A stretch of DNA of 64,000 nucleotides from Ramazzottius varieornatus (Eukaryota; Animalia; Tardigrada), in assembly GCA_001949185.1 (NCBI GenBank), contig BDGG01000005.1, positions 682,001-746,000 of the forward strand, given 5' to 3'. Below, piece after piece: positions 27,149 through 38,930 of the stretch; positions within the stretch are counted from its first letter, which is position 1; every line of letters starts with the position of its first letter. The translations under genes were made by a program, and so were the position numbers. The notes under the pieces were generated by a model that was not told the DNA's origin, did no database searches, and saw only the letters and a program-made list of their open reading frames with translations.

Positions 27149-28214
27149 GAGCTGTTCTCTCGTCGACATCGCCGTGGAGACTTCAACAACGGAAACCTCT
27201 CGCTTAACTACCGGCAGGCCAGGCGTTACCGGTCGCCGTTCGCGTAGTGCCGAAGTTTTCTCACCGTCACCCATCTGTACGGACAACATGTCGTTGTCTT
27301 CTGGTGTGATGGACGTGGTAGATATGCTGTCAGAGAACCTTCACGAAGTATGGTCCGTAAACAAGATCGACGCGGGCTGGAGGTATGGAGCAAATAGAGA
27401 CGATGTCGCCAAAACGACACCTTGCCTCACGTATTACGCGGACCTAACAGATGTGGACCGAAGTTACGATATGACACTAACCGTGGAAACGCTCAAGTAA
27501 GCTAGACGGGAGCTCGGCAAAATTGGTTTTTCAAGTGGCGCACTTTCTTGGGTAATTTCACCGAGAACGCGCGCCATTTTGGGAGGATAGTCTTGTCGAG
27601 TTCGTTTTCAAACTTACACACATTACCAAAGTATTATCCTTGCCCGAAACTCGACTAAGGTGCTTGCTGAGGGATTTAATTTCGATATTCCATAGGACAT
27701 TGAAGGCACTAGGACACGAACCGCACCCGATAGACGGACTTCGGCGGAAGCTTCCGCTGCTAGAGGTTTCCGAGTCATATCGACAGTCCACTGGTTACAA
27801 GCCTGCCCCCTTTGATCTCTCCGCCGTCAAGGTGGATCATGAAGTCGATAAACTGATCGAGGTCCTAGCAGCTAACTTACATGACATATGGGCCAAGAAC
27901 CGCATAAAGGAAGGATGGAAGTTTGGTCAGAGTGAAGACAACCAGTGCAAAAAGAGTCCGAACCTCGTTCCTTACGACAAGGTAGACTGGACCCTGAAGA
28001 AAGCTAATCGGTAAGAAACTCTGACTCTCTTCTCACTACTCGACCTATACTGTCCCTAACTACCTTTCGTTTCTGCAGAGATTCCGTTCAAACAATCATC
28101 AAGTGCCTGATTGCTTACGGCTGCAATCTTCGAGCAACCAATACGCCTTCTGAAGCAAGTATCCATCACCTAGCTCCCCGATCTGTTTCAAAGACCGGTT
28201 CCCAACTCCAGTGA
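27149..28214 (+). CDS. Small stand-alone protein made of a ryanodine-receptor Repeat1-2 (tandem RyR) domain; N-terminus uncertain (first in-frame ATG of this exon at 27288)
   Basis: FSPSPI..LSENLHEVWSVNKIDAGWRYGANRDD..KTTPCL..Y..L...DRSYD....ETLK|TLKALG...GYKPAPFDLS.V......LAANLHDIWAKNRIKEGWKFG...SPNLVPY....KKANR|DSVQ..IKCLIAYG follows RyR Repeat12 along its length. Introns ~27497-27694 and ~28011-28078. Stop at 28212-28214. Confidence 0.85.
27508..27613. mobile_element. Family A MITE-like element in the RyR-domain gene intron
   Basis: GGGAGCTCGGCAAA...CAAGTGGCGCAC-N25-GCGCGCCATTTT...TCTTGTCGAGTT. Confidence 0.7.
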
Positions 28215-28723
28215 CTGTGATGATGAGGACTGCCTTACGCTTTACCTATTTTGGAATTGTATTTTTGTTGCCTTTTCGTAATAATCCATGCACCTTGATT
28301 TAACTTCCTCTACGCATTGTTAATTTCGTTTTGTTTGTTGATTCAAGTACCTGGACCTTGTTCGTACTGCGGCTCCCACCGCGGTATCCTTTTGAAGTTT
28401 CTAGTAACAAGGAAGTGGAAGGTCGTTTCTCATGTCACTGTCAACCGAAAGAACCTTTATAACGAACTGCACAAGTGACAAGGAGGTGGCCGTGAAGTAG
28501 ATGCCGCAGACAGAGTCATAATTATATTCTGCCGCAGATGAACTGAGCTCATGGAGTTCTGGGCTTCTGGCCACAACTCACACGAGGTATAACTACTGCA
28601 CAGAAATGATGGAAAATAATCTACAGGGACAGATACAGGCATAAATATACTCTAACTGAACTAGCGCAACATTACGCTAGACACGCACATATTGTAGAAT
28701 TCCTTAGAAGTAAGCTCCTCTTT

Positions 28724-29852
28724 CTACTGCTTCACCGCATTCATAGCCTTGTTCTTCAGCGTTTCGTGCGACGTAGTGTCTTTAGTCGCCAATCCAGCCA
28801 GCAGCTTCTTAATTTCACCAATAGCTCGTCCAGGATTCAGATGCTTCGGGCATGTTCGTGCGCAACTCATGATAGTGTGGCACCTGTAGACGGAGAAGGG
28901 ATCCCGAAGCGCGTCCAGACGCTCAGCTGTAGCTTCGTCTCGCGAATCGATGATCCAACGGTAGGCTTGCATCAGCACCGCAGGTCCCAGGTACTTATCC
29001 CCATGCCACCAGTAGCTGGGACAAGCCGTCGAACAGCAAGCGCAGAGGATACATTCGTACAGGCCATCAAGACGAGAACGATCGTCGATGGTTTGCAAGA
29101 GCTGCTCCTTTCCAACGGTCTCATCTTTGCGCTTGAGGTAGGGCTGAATCGACGCATACTGAACGTAGAAGTTTGAAAGATCAGGAACGAGGTCCTTCAC
29201 TACGTACATGTGAGGCAAGGGATAGATCTGCAAAAACGACCATCAGCATGAAATAAAACTGAATTCCGAAAATGGCAGGCCGCTAGCAGCAATCATTCCG
29301 TCCGGAAACGAACATGCAAGCTCAGAAGCTAACAGCATGGCCTACCAAATTTTGAAAGTAAGCGAACTACACACTCGCCTTGGATTGTTTACTGGTGTCT
29401 GGATCAATTCGCGCAATACAAGCCAGCGTGTTTCCTCCACCAATGTTCATGGCGCACGATCCGCAGATACCTTCCCGGCACGATCGACGGAAAGTCAACG
29501 TGGGATCCACTTCGTTCTTGATCTTTATGAGGGCATCCAGCACCATGGGACCACAGGTGTTCAAGTCCACTTCGTAGGTCTGCATGCGGGGCTTGTCTCC
29601 TGGCCTGTCTGGATCCCACCGATAGACGGAAAACTGCTTGATCTTGGGGGCCTTGGTCTTCTCCTTGGATGTCTGGTCCGTCTTGTCGCTAGCTGGCCCC
29701 ATGGTGGTCCCTGTCGAGCTGGGTTTAGGAGCATGATGTCCACCCACTCCGATGGCTGTCTGTGTACTCGCACAACGTGATATGGCTACTGATGCGTTCT
29801 TCCATAGTCCGACTTGTCGACAGAGAACGCCAGCTCCTGTGGTCGACATCAT
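28724..29852 (-). CDS. SDHB: Succinate dehydrogenase iron-sulfur subunit, mitochondrial (2 exons; intron 29228-29378)
   Basis: Transit-like N-terminus, [50 protein letters not shown] and [19 protein letters not shown]. Confidence 0.97.
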
Positions 29853-30378
29853 AACTGATTACTGCGACAATTTGAAAGGAGAGAAATAAGTCTACAGGTC
29901 CTCGAAAATATGGGGAAATTAAAGAAAAAAATTGAAGTTTTGATGCAGAGGAATTTTCGCGATGAAAACGTCGTTGACTGATGACGTCATTCAGAGTGTT
30001 GGAAATTCCCACGTCAGCGCAGCGATTCGAAAGCTACTGCAGCGATTCGACTCACTATTCAGTCTATGCTCTGGATAAAATTTGCTCTATGCCTTGCCAT
30101 CCCCTTAAGGATTGCGTATTTATGTCGTGGTCCGTAGTTCTTCGCTGGAAATACTTCATCGGCCACTTCTGGCGACTGGAATGTGTCGCCTGACTCGACC
30201 CGAGCTTTTCTGAATTTCGTATCCGAATAATCCGATTTTATTTTCTCCTGCATCTTTCTTCTGGAGTTTGGTGTCTGAAGATTTTTCCGCGTCCAGAGGA
30301 GCAGCTCCTGCAAATAGACAATATACACCTTAGCTTCTGGAATATCGTTGCTTGAGCCGAAACAGATTTCTCTGCAGA

Positions 30379-31298
30379 ATGCCAAAAGTCAGCGTGAAGG
30401 ATGTCAACCAGCAGGAGTTCGTCCAGGAGCTCGCCAACTATCTGAAGAAGTAAGAATACTCTTCGTTCTTCAAGTCTGTTCTACTTTATATTTGATTTTC
30501 TATGCAGGAAGGGACAGCTCAAAGTTCCTGACTGGGTGGATGTTGTGAAGACGGGACGATTCAAGGAGTTATCTCCATCAGATGAGGACTGGTTTTATAC
30601 TCGTGCCGGTAAGCAGTAGCTTTCGTTTGATTGTTCGTATATTGATTCATCCATTCTGTGCTGGAATACTGTATGTACGTCTGATCACACTATATTTCTC
30701 TTCGGCTGACAAGCATATACTGTTGCTTGCAGCTTCTATCGCACGAAGACTTTACATAAGATCCCCCACTGGAATTGGAGCTTTCACCCGAGTGTATGGC
30801 GGTAAGTTTGAAGATCACCATGACGTCCAAATCTCACTTGCTGCTGAGGTCTACAGGGACGGTTATCTTCCGCAGGTCGTAAACGAAATGGTTCAACGCC
30901 TGCCCACTACTGCAAAGCTTCCTCCTCGATTATCCGCAAGGCTGTTCAAGGACTTGAAGCATTGAAGTTGGTGGAAACTGATCCTGAGAATGGGTACGTA
31001 GACGCTCTCAGCATATTATCTCAGTTTGACGTGCAATGCATTCATACTGAATGATGACGCTTTTATCCCGAATAACCATGAGGGTTTTACTGATTTAATG
31101 AGTCTGATCAGTCCCGTAAGACTACGAAGATTTTTCAACATGACGGTTCAGAATTTTGTATTCGGTTACCGTAATCATCATGCTTTGTGTGTTTGCAGTG
31201 GCCGTCGATTGTCTCCTCAAGGCAGAAGGGATCTGGACCGAATTGCTGCTCAGCTGTGGAAGAGATCGAAGGAAGTCACCAACGAAATGGACGCATAG
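30379..31298 (+). CDS. RPS19: 40S ribosomal protein S19 (5 coding exons)
   Basis: The spliced product reads [74 protein letters not shown]...[17 protein letters not shown]. Confidence 0.96.
31046..31112 (+). ncRNA. Intronic box C/D snoRNA, probable guide for 18S rRNA Am99/100 (SNORD57/snR51-like)
   Basis: Lies in RPS19 intron 4. Terminal stem ACTGA/TCAGT, C box ATGATGA at 31051-31057, D box CTGA at 31104-31107. The D-adjacent guide ACTGATTTAATGAG is the reverse complement of the conserved 18S sequence CUCAUUAAAUCAGU. Confidence 0.85.
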
Positions 31299-32339
31299 TT
31301 TCTAAGTTTGTTAATATCGTCGAGACGGCTTTCCATTGGACAGTTTCGTTCTGGGAATTCTGTTCATCGGTAGTAATGCTTCTCGACATGGGGCGTTTGT
31401 GCAGCAGATTTCAGTGCGAGGTTATGAATACGAGCTGCACCTGCGTCTCTTCTTGAATAAAACGTTGGAACGAACCCTTCAACCGAGGCAATGATTCTCC
31501 GGTCTGACTAAACCGTGAAGCTTTTCGATGAGGAGCTTCTGCCTGATGGCGTTTTTGAGCCTTTTGGTGGTCTTCGAAACTGTAAGACCTAACAGAGTTC
31601 TTTCAAGCCGTAGATATCAACTTGAGCTCATCTGTCATTCCGTTTTGCTGTCTTGAGTTGACATGCGTAGGCTCTCCTGATGTCGTCCGTGTTGATAAGT
31701 CTAAGCTGGACCGCTCAAGACGGAAGTCGAGAACTGGAACACCACCTACCTACAGAGGGCGCTGCGTACTTCAGAAGTTCAGGGTCCCTTTTGTCAATGC
31801 GTCTAACTTAGCAAACCAGCGTGATCGTACAGTCACACTTGGGAGGTCTCTGCAGATCGTTACTCTCCCGTTCATGCTGATGTGTGTACGAGGATCGAAA
31901 CATCAACTACGAAACAAGTTTTAATTATGGAGCAAAGGTGAAAATGTGCAGGGAAATGTTTGAAGGTAAAGACTAAGAGAACGGTTGTACAGCCATTATG
32001 ACCCCTGAGAAAAGCTAGATGCCATGTACAAGCGCAAACGCCGCAAAAAAACTACTAGGTTACAGCACAAACCACCAAAAGATGCGATCAGTTAGTAATT
32101 ATATAGATTCTACCAGTCATGAAGCAAAACTACTAAGTTTAGGATACCAACAGAATTCAACTTTATTATATGGAATAGATCTTCTGAACCAAAAACACTC
32201 TTGAACCGCCGTGGTGAACACCCGAAAGATTATATTTCTCCGAATCAAAGCAGCTAGAAGGGCAAAGGCGACACCACGTATGCCCATTAAGCCTGTCTAA
32301 CTACACATTAAAAGCTTTATAGTTAATTTTAAGTCCAAA

Positions 32340-35300
32340 TCATTCTTTTCCATTCACACTGGCAGAAGACAAACGCGCCGAGACCATCTTGCCATCGACG
32401 CCACCGTTGTTCGCCTCATCGATCGTCAGCTTCTCCTTGGCCGATGTGGCGGGAGAGGCTGAATGAGATCGCTGGTTATCCACCTTCCACGGGCCTTTAC
32501 TCAGTTGGCTTAGATCGATGGGATGCACGTAGCGCTCCTGCATCACATCCAAGATGCGCCATCCCTTCAGCAGCTCCAGCAGCTTACCCAGCAGCTGCTC
32601 AGATTCGTCGGGACGACGCTGGCTGATGGTGACCTTCAGCGCATCCAGCAGATGATTGTGGATCAGCGTAATGAACTCCACATTCACTAAGCCGGGCCGA
32701 TCTGCAACAGAACAACAATCGGAAGTAAAAACAAGCTCTCACCAGCACAAGTTCCTCTGATGAGTCTTCAGTGAGTTCAGTCTATCAATTCCACCTGCAG
32801 CCATTTATCTGTTCTTGAATCTTGTCTCTTCTTAATTTAGTATTTCAGGTGTAGGCAAATTGGTTGAGCCAGTTCGCTATCTCACGTGGCACACGCCTTC
32901 ATTGTTATTAAATCAGAAACGTGCGCCACTTGGAAAAATGATATTTTGCCCACGTCCCATTCGGTCTGATTAGTCATTACAGCATAATTTTCCTGTAATC
33001 ACGCGAAAAGCTTTCTTTCGCGGGATTATGGTTTCTAAAGATTTCAATGACGACCTACATTTCTGTGGTCGTTCTTAGACATGTTCTATACTTTACTGTC
33101 CGGTTCTGGCCGGGTTTCGCGTTCTGTCCGACTTCACCTGATAGGCAAGAAATTCTTTCATACATGCCACGTCAACGCCATAAGAAATTCTTCATATTTC
33201 CGATTAACTTCTCAATTCTCGAACCGCCCTGTCTGCTCGTCGCGGCAATACCGCGTAAGTTTTATGCAGAAATAACTGCGCACAAAATCCATACATCCAT
33301 ACTCATAGTTCTTCATGACAACTAATAGCAGAGGTGTCAAGCTGTGCCGATCAGTAAATACATGCAAACGACGCACGTGTTTTCGCGGAGAGAGAGAGAC
33401 AGAGGGAGACCATCGCGAAACCGGTATCGTCTACAAGAAACTCGACACCGCAGAATGCGCGAACCTCAGCGTTGCGCCAGCAAGAGAGCTCAGCTTGACA
33501 AACCTTCAAGGCTACAACGAACTACTGTCCTGACTCTTGAGCAAACACTAATCAGTACTGGGTCTACTCTACACGGGTGAACTTGCAGCTGACAGCTCTG
33601 CAAGTACTTCAGCCGATGTCAGGCGAGAGAACGTCGCAGTTAATTATTGACGTTATTTTTATCTCAGCTGACGTTTGTCGGCAGGCTCGATCGGCGCCGT
33701 ACTCTCTTGTTACACAACTTCTGTGCTATCAGCGCATTCTTCCAAGCGTGCTTGTGGTACTGACTACTGACACGGAGAAGACTATGTTCCATCGGGTTTT
33801 ATCGCTACTGACTCATCTCTTACTTGTCCGGGTGGGTTGCTTCCTCAACCAAACAAGCGCAGGCATAATCGTGTCAGCGCCACACTTACACAGACGTGTT
33901 AAGTTTCTGCCGATGATACACTGCAAATGTAAATATTGGTTCAGGTTTCGGTGAGAGTCTCTCCCGCGCTGTCTCTCGCTTTCTAGCTCGCTCGCTGGCA
34001 TTCTGAAACAGCGATCGCCTAATTTCTCCGTCGCTAGTCTTTCCGGTTTGCGCCCGCTAGCCAAGAACGCCTACATCAAACCCAACATTGAACCTGTAAC
34101 TGCCTCGCACTTACACCACGTTGACTGTCTTCTATCCTCGCATGACTGCACCCAGTCATTCCTATCAATTTCTAATTACACCGGCCATATAAAAAAACCT
34201 GTTAATCTTCTCCAAAATTCAACAGTGCTTTATAGGATCGAAAATGAAGGCTTTACTATTACCTGGTCGGACGATGAGGATCGTCTTAAGCAGCGCCAGT
34301 TCCTCGAAGCTGAGCTGCAGTGCGTTAATCTTGGCCGCCATCTCGAAGACGGTTATCAAGAACTCGTCCGTCAGGAACATTTCCATCCACTCGCGCGAGT
34401 AGAAGGTTTTCGTTTCGTGAAAGATGATGTAACTCTTTTCATCCCGCAGGAAACGAGACGAATGTACCTGCCAAACATTCCCAAGTCCTCATCACAGAAC
34501 CCTGATCATGTGAGCATGTTTATGCTCATCCAAAAATATTCATCAGAAATTGGAGGATTGATTTCGAATTTCCGAACATAAAGATACTTCTTTAACATTA
34601 TTTCTACTACATTCGACTATTTCTTATTGTTCATTCGAGAGTCACTGTACCATCCAAACATCCAAGATGCTGGTGCGTAGCAATGAGTGTTGATCATCAA
34701 TGGAGAGTGAGCGGAATCCCAAAATAGACGATTCACTGAGGAGGACAACTCGCTTGACTTGGGTGATCAATCGATCCTTGAGAACGTCGCGCATCTCTTG
34801 CGGTGTTCTCTCCGGCACACAAGTCTTCTGCGAATGCAATCACAATATTCGAAACTGTGCGCTTGTCAAGGCCGTCCATCTCTTCTCAATAGCCAACCTT
34901 CTACTCACCGGAATCTTCCCACTTGACATGGCTTCATTCATGAAAACCTCGTTCGCCCGCGTTTCTTCTCCATAAATTTCTTCGTTCCCTCTGGCGACCA
35001 TACACTTCGTAAACTCGCACATGCTAGCCTTGAGCCGCGAGTCGGTCGGGTACATACTGTAGAAGTCTATCATGACATGGCCCGGAATGGGGATGCCAGC
35101 CTGGAACTGCGCGACCAAGCTCCTGGCCAGGCTGTACAGGTCTCTACATCCGCTGAATCCACCCGCTGGTGCGAGTGCACTCGGTACTCCGTAGCCAATT
35201 CTTCCCGCTGATGAAACGGGAATCTGGTCGTCACGAACATACGTCGGTCGGAACACCAGCACGTCACTCGGAACTACGGAGAAAAAAGTCCAGATATTTG

Positions 35301-37438
35301 ACAAAAGCGAACAATTGAAGTCAAAATCTCGGAAAACATTTGGACAAGATCGCTCTTTTCAGTGACGCGCGCTTTCAGGCAAAACCACTGGAACCGTGCG
35401 TCACCTGAAAAAAATTGCTTGTTGAGCTTCCAACAGCCTGAATCTAATCGAGAAGAATTCGCTCGTCAGAAGCACCAACGCGAAAAATACTCTGTTCCTT
35501 CACACCCTTCGTCCAATTTAAACACAGGAAGATTTCCATCAGACTGAGCTTCCGGAACAGCAGACAAAATTAACTTCCGGTGGGTTTGAAATACATGACA
35601 AAAAGCTTGGTTCAAATTCGAATTTTATTCAAAATGAGAGGATATTCCTCAATAATTCTGATGGGAATTCTTACCGACTGGCATCGACTGATGTCCTCCA
35701 CGAAGCGCTGGATTCATGACGGCTACCGCCGTCTTGCTGTTGGCCATGACGGCCTTCATCTGATCCTCGGTGGGCAGTTGCATGTCCGGTATATTCTCGT
35801 TGACGTCCCCGGTGATGGCCATATCAGCCAGCGTTAAAATTCTGCAATTCTTCTTCGGATTGATTCCCGCCCCACTTTCCGCCGCTCTGGCAAACGGCAT
35901 TTGGAGCATCCATCCATTTGAGCTTGTGAAAGTGTTGTGACTATTCTCGTCTGATCGCTTGCTCGATGTGCCCTGCTGGTCACTCTGTCCCTTGTGTGGA
36001 GTCTGGCTGTGACTGGACATGGTCTGTGTCTGGTCATCATGGCTCAATTGACAAGAAGTAGATTGCCAAGTGTGACGTCCGGCTTCTATCTCGGTGGCTG
36101 TTTCTGTTAATGCGCCAGTTGTTACGGGCTGCTGATGCTGCTGGTAACCGCCCACATTGTCTCCTATCGATCGATACTGCGACTGAGCCAAAGACATTTG
36201 ACGTGACGTCTCATCCAGTGAGGAATGTAGACGCTCACTAGCCTTGAATGCTGGCTGATGTGAGTGCTTTACTTCGGTGTTGTAGGGGTGAAATCGATAA
36301 GCGCCAGACTGCAGAGGAGAAGTCGAGGGAACGTCTTTCCCTCCTCCAACGTAACGCGCTTGCTGTTGCTGCTGTTGTTGCGCCTGCTTTTCCAGAGACT
36401 TCTCAAACGCACCTCGAAACTCGTCAATGCTGGTTGTCATGGCCGTGTCGGTCGAACCGCTTTGCAGCGAACCTTCGAGAAAACAGGAAAAATCCCAATC
36501 ATCATCAATCAAGAGGAGGAATTCGAATGTTGACGACTCCAAAGTCGGACGGAAAATTCACATATAACCACAAAGGTTCTCGAAGATCGTAGCTCAAGTC
36601 CGTGAAGTCATTTCGCAAAATTCAAGAAACAGAAAGATCACAAATTTAAAATGCATATTAAAATGTTCAAAACAAAGTTGACAAATTCAGTAAAAACAAT
36701 TCACAGACGGATTTGCACTACACTAAAGGTTTGTACGGATCAAGCAAGGTTGGTATGAAAGTCAAGAGGCCGCCCTAGAGAAATAGTCTTACCAGCATCG
36801 CTGCCGGGCGATGAAGCCACTTCATCGGTGTTGGTGGTGGAGGTTGAAGCTCCATTACTGGCCTGCTTGTCACGTCCTCTGGACTTTTTGCCGGTCACCA
36901 GCGCCTGTTCCTTGACGGCCTTGGGTATCCGACCCATTTTCACCGCTGTAAAAGCGAAAATCAAAGGTTAAGACACATACAATTCGAGGAACACCCCGCG
37001 GGACATGGCAAACTGGCTCATGTAGTAATAATTATACCGTCTAGAGCCATTCCAGCTTCCACGCATTTACGAAATCGACAGGCTTTGCATCGGTTCCGCG
37101 TGTCCGGTCCCACGTCACACTTGTTCCCGAAGAAGCAGCGAAAAGTCCTAAAGACTGGTAAGCTGCGTTTGAAGAAACCCTGCAAAGTAAAGCCATATAT
37201 ATCGATCGATAAGAACTGGGAGAATATTATGTCGTCATCACAAATGTAATGTCATGTTAAACTTGTCTTGATTGATTGATCAACGGAAAAGCAAAAAATG
37301 GCTTACTTTGCATCCTTCGCAGGTATTGGCTCCGTAGTGATTCCCCGTGGCTTCCGCAGCACAGACTTGGCATCTGCCAAAGGGAAAAGGGGTGAAACCA
37401 CGTCCGCGAGGAATAGGCATGCCGTTCTCCATTTCCAT
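32340..37438 (-). CDS. Nuclear hormone receptor, NR1 (E75/Rev-erb-like), with C4 zinc-finger DBD, long Q/S-rich hinge and divergent LBD
   Basis: DBD: CQVCAAEATGNHYGANTCEGCK|GFFKRS...C....CDV....RNRCKACRFRKCVEAGM..D|AVKMGRIPK. LBD signature GFRSLSIDDQHSLL, then EELALLKTILIVRP|DRPGL and KLLELLKGWRIL. Confidence 0.88.
32883..32932. repeat. Family A core cassette in a nuclear-receptor intron
   Basis: CACGTGGCACAC-N26-GTGCGCCACTTG. Confidence 0.75.
35341..35430. repeat. Family A element with compensatory arm change (core 35359-35407), intronic
   Basis: GACAAGA...TCAGTGACGCGC-N25-GTGCGTCACCTG...CTTGTTGAG. Confidence 0.7.
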
Positions 37439-38930
37439 GTCGCTCCGGTGCGGACGAGAAGCGAGTCTGTCCAGCGTCAGAGAACAATTCCGACCATCTG
37501 GCCAAGTATTTCCAGCTTGCTAATTAACCATCCACTGCATCCAGACAGATCAAACGGTGTTCTTTCAGGAGCATGTCGACAATGTCAGAATCCTTCCGGT
37601 CATCTGAAGAAAACGTCTCCTGGTGGTGAAATAAGCCTGCAACCCAGAAAGAAACTGATAGACACCATAGTAAATTCTCTCCAATGGTTCCCAATGCAAC
37701 TAAAACACTGGGTAATTAGAATACATGATGGTGTACCTTATAGCTCTGATATTTGCCGAGAAGAAATGCTAGGAAAGAAGTTCGCGGACAAAAGAAAGAC
37801 TGTTCGGGTGCTGCAGGCTAGAAAGACTCTAGTCGAGCCGTCACTGCGTTTCCGATCTTGCCAGACATGTTGTATGTACGTCCAACTTGTAGACTCAGCA
37901 AAGCTCGATTAGCTCTATAAGAACGAATAAACATGCGTGAGAGAAGATACGAATACAGTAAAACGTCAATGACTGGTAGAACAGCGAACCTTATGGAAAA
38001 CTCTGCCACTGCGCGCGCGCGCGTATGTCTCCCAGTTTCCGGTTCCCGCGTCCGATGGATTCATGCGGTACAAGCAAGGGCAATCTGCCAAGAATTTCGA
38101 GAGGGGCTGTTTCCCAGGCTCCAAAAAAGACGCTAGACTACGCCGTTCGGTATTTTGTACGACGTACCACGTGGTTAATGCGGTCCTCTTTACGTCTCAT
38201 TCACCACGTGATCAAATCAAGAAAATTTCGTACAGAACGGTTTGTGACGATTTATTCACTTGCTTTTTTATCCAGGACAAACCTGTAGATGGCGCTGTAT
38301 TAAAAAACCATTGATCTACGACTGACGAATGAGCAGTGTTCTCCAACTTTTACCGACCTTCCGTATGGCTTGCCAAAAGCGCTGAATAATGATGATCTAA
38401 GCAAATCGCACTGAAATTCGAATGACCTGATTTTCTGAATAAACTCAGATTTCATTTGATTTCCGTTTAAATTTCATTGAGGGATTGGTTTTATGGCAGG
38501 CTGGGCAAAATCGGCTTTGGTGTCTCAAAGTACGTCGGTAAAAGTTTACCTGGCGAACACTGCGAATGAGTGTAGTGTACAACATCGGCCATCTCGCTCA
38601 GCAGATCGAACATGCAGGGTGTTGATAGTTTTTGCAACGTCAAAGTGTAATAGTATTCGCATATTCCTTATAAGCGAAAAAATCACCAAAATAAAACTCT
38701 CACGAAAAAAATAGAATAGAATCTGATGCTATCACCAACAGACCAATGCAATCCGCGAGCACTGATCGACGAAAATACATATATAGTTTCGGTCCTTAAA
38801 ACAATAAAGACTACTGTTAACATCGGAACTTCACATCTGTAACCAGAACCTGACAGATGTCAATTCAATACGACTCAGCATCGTTCATTGCCGTTGCGGA
38901 ATTGCTGTTTGGCCTAACCTCCGCAGGTCC

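Noticed and set aside
27149-28214. Full-length ryanodine receptor gene
   Set aside because: There is an in-frame stop at 28214, flanking opposite-strand genes, and no other RyR domains in the window.
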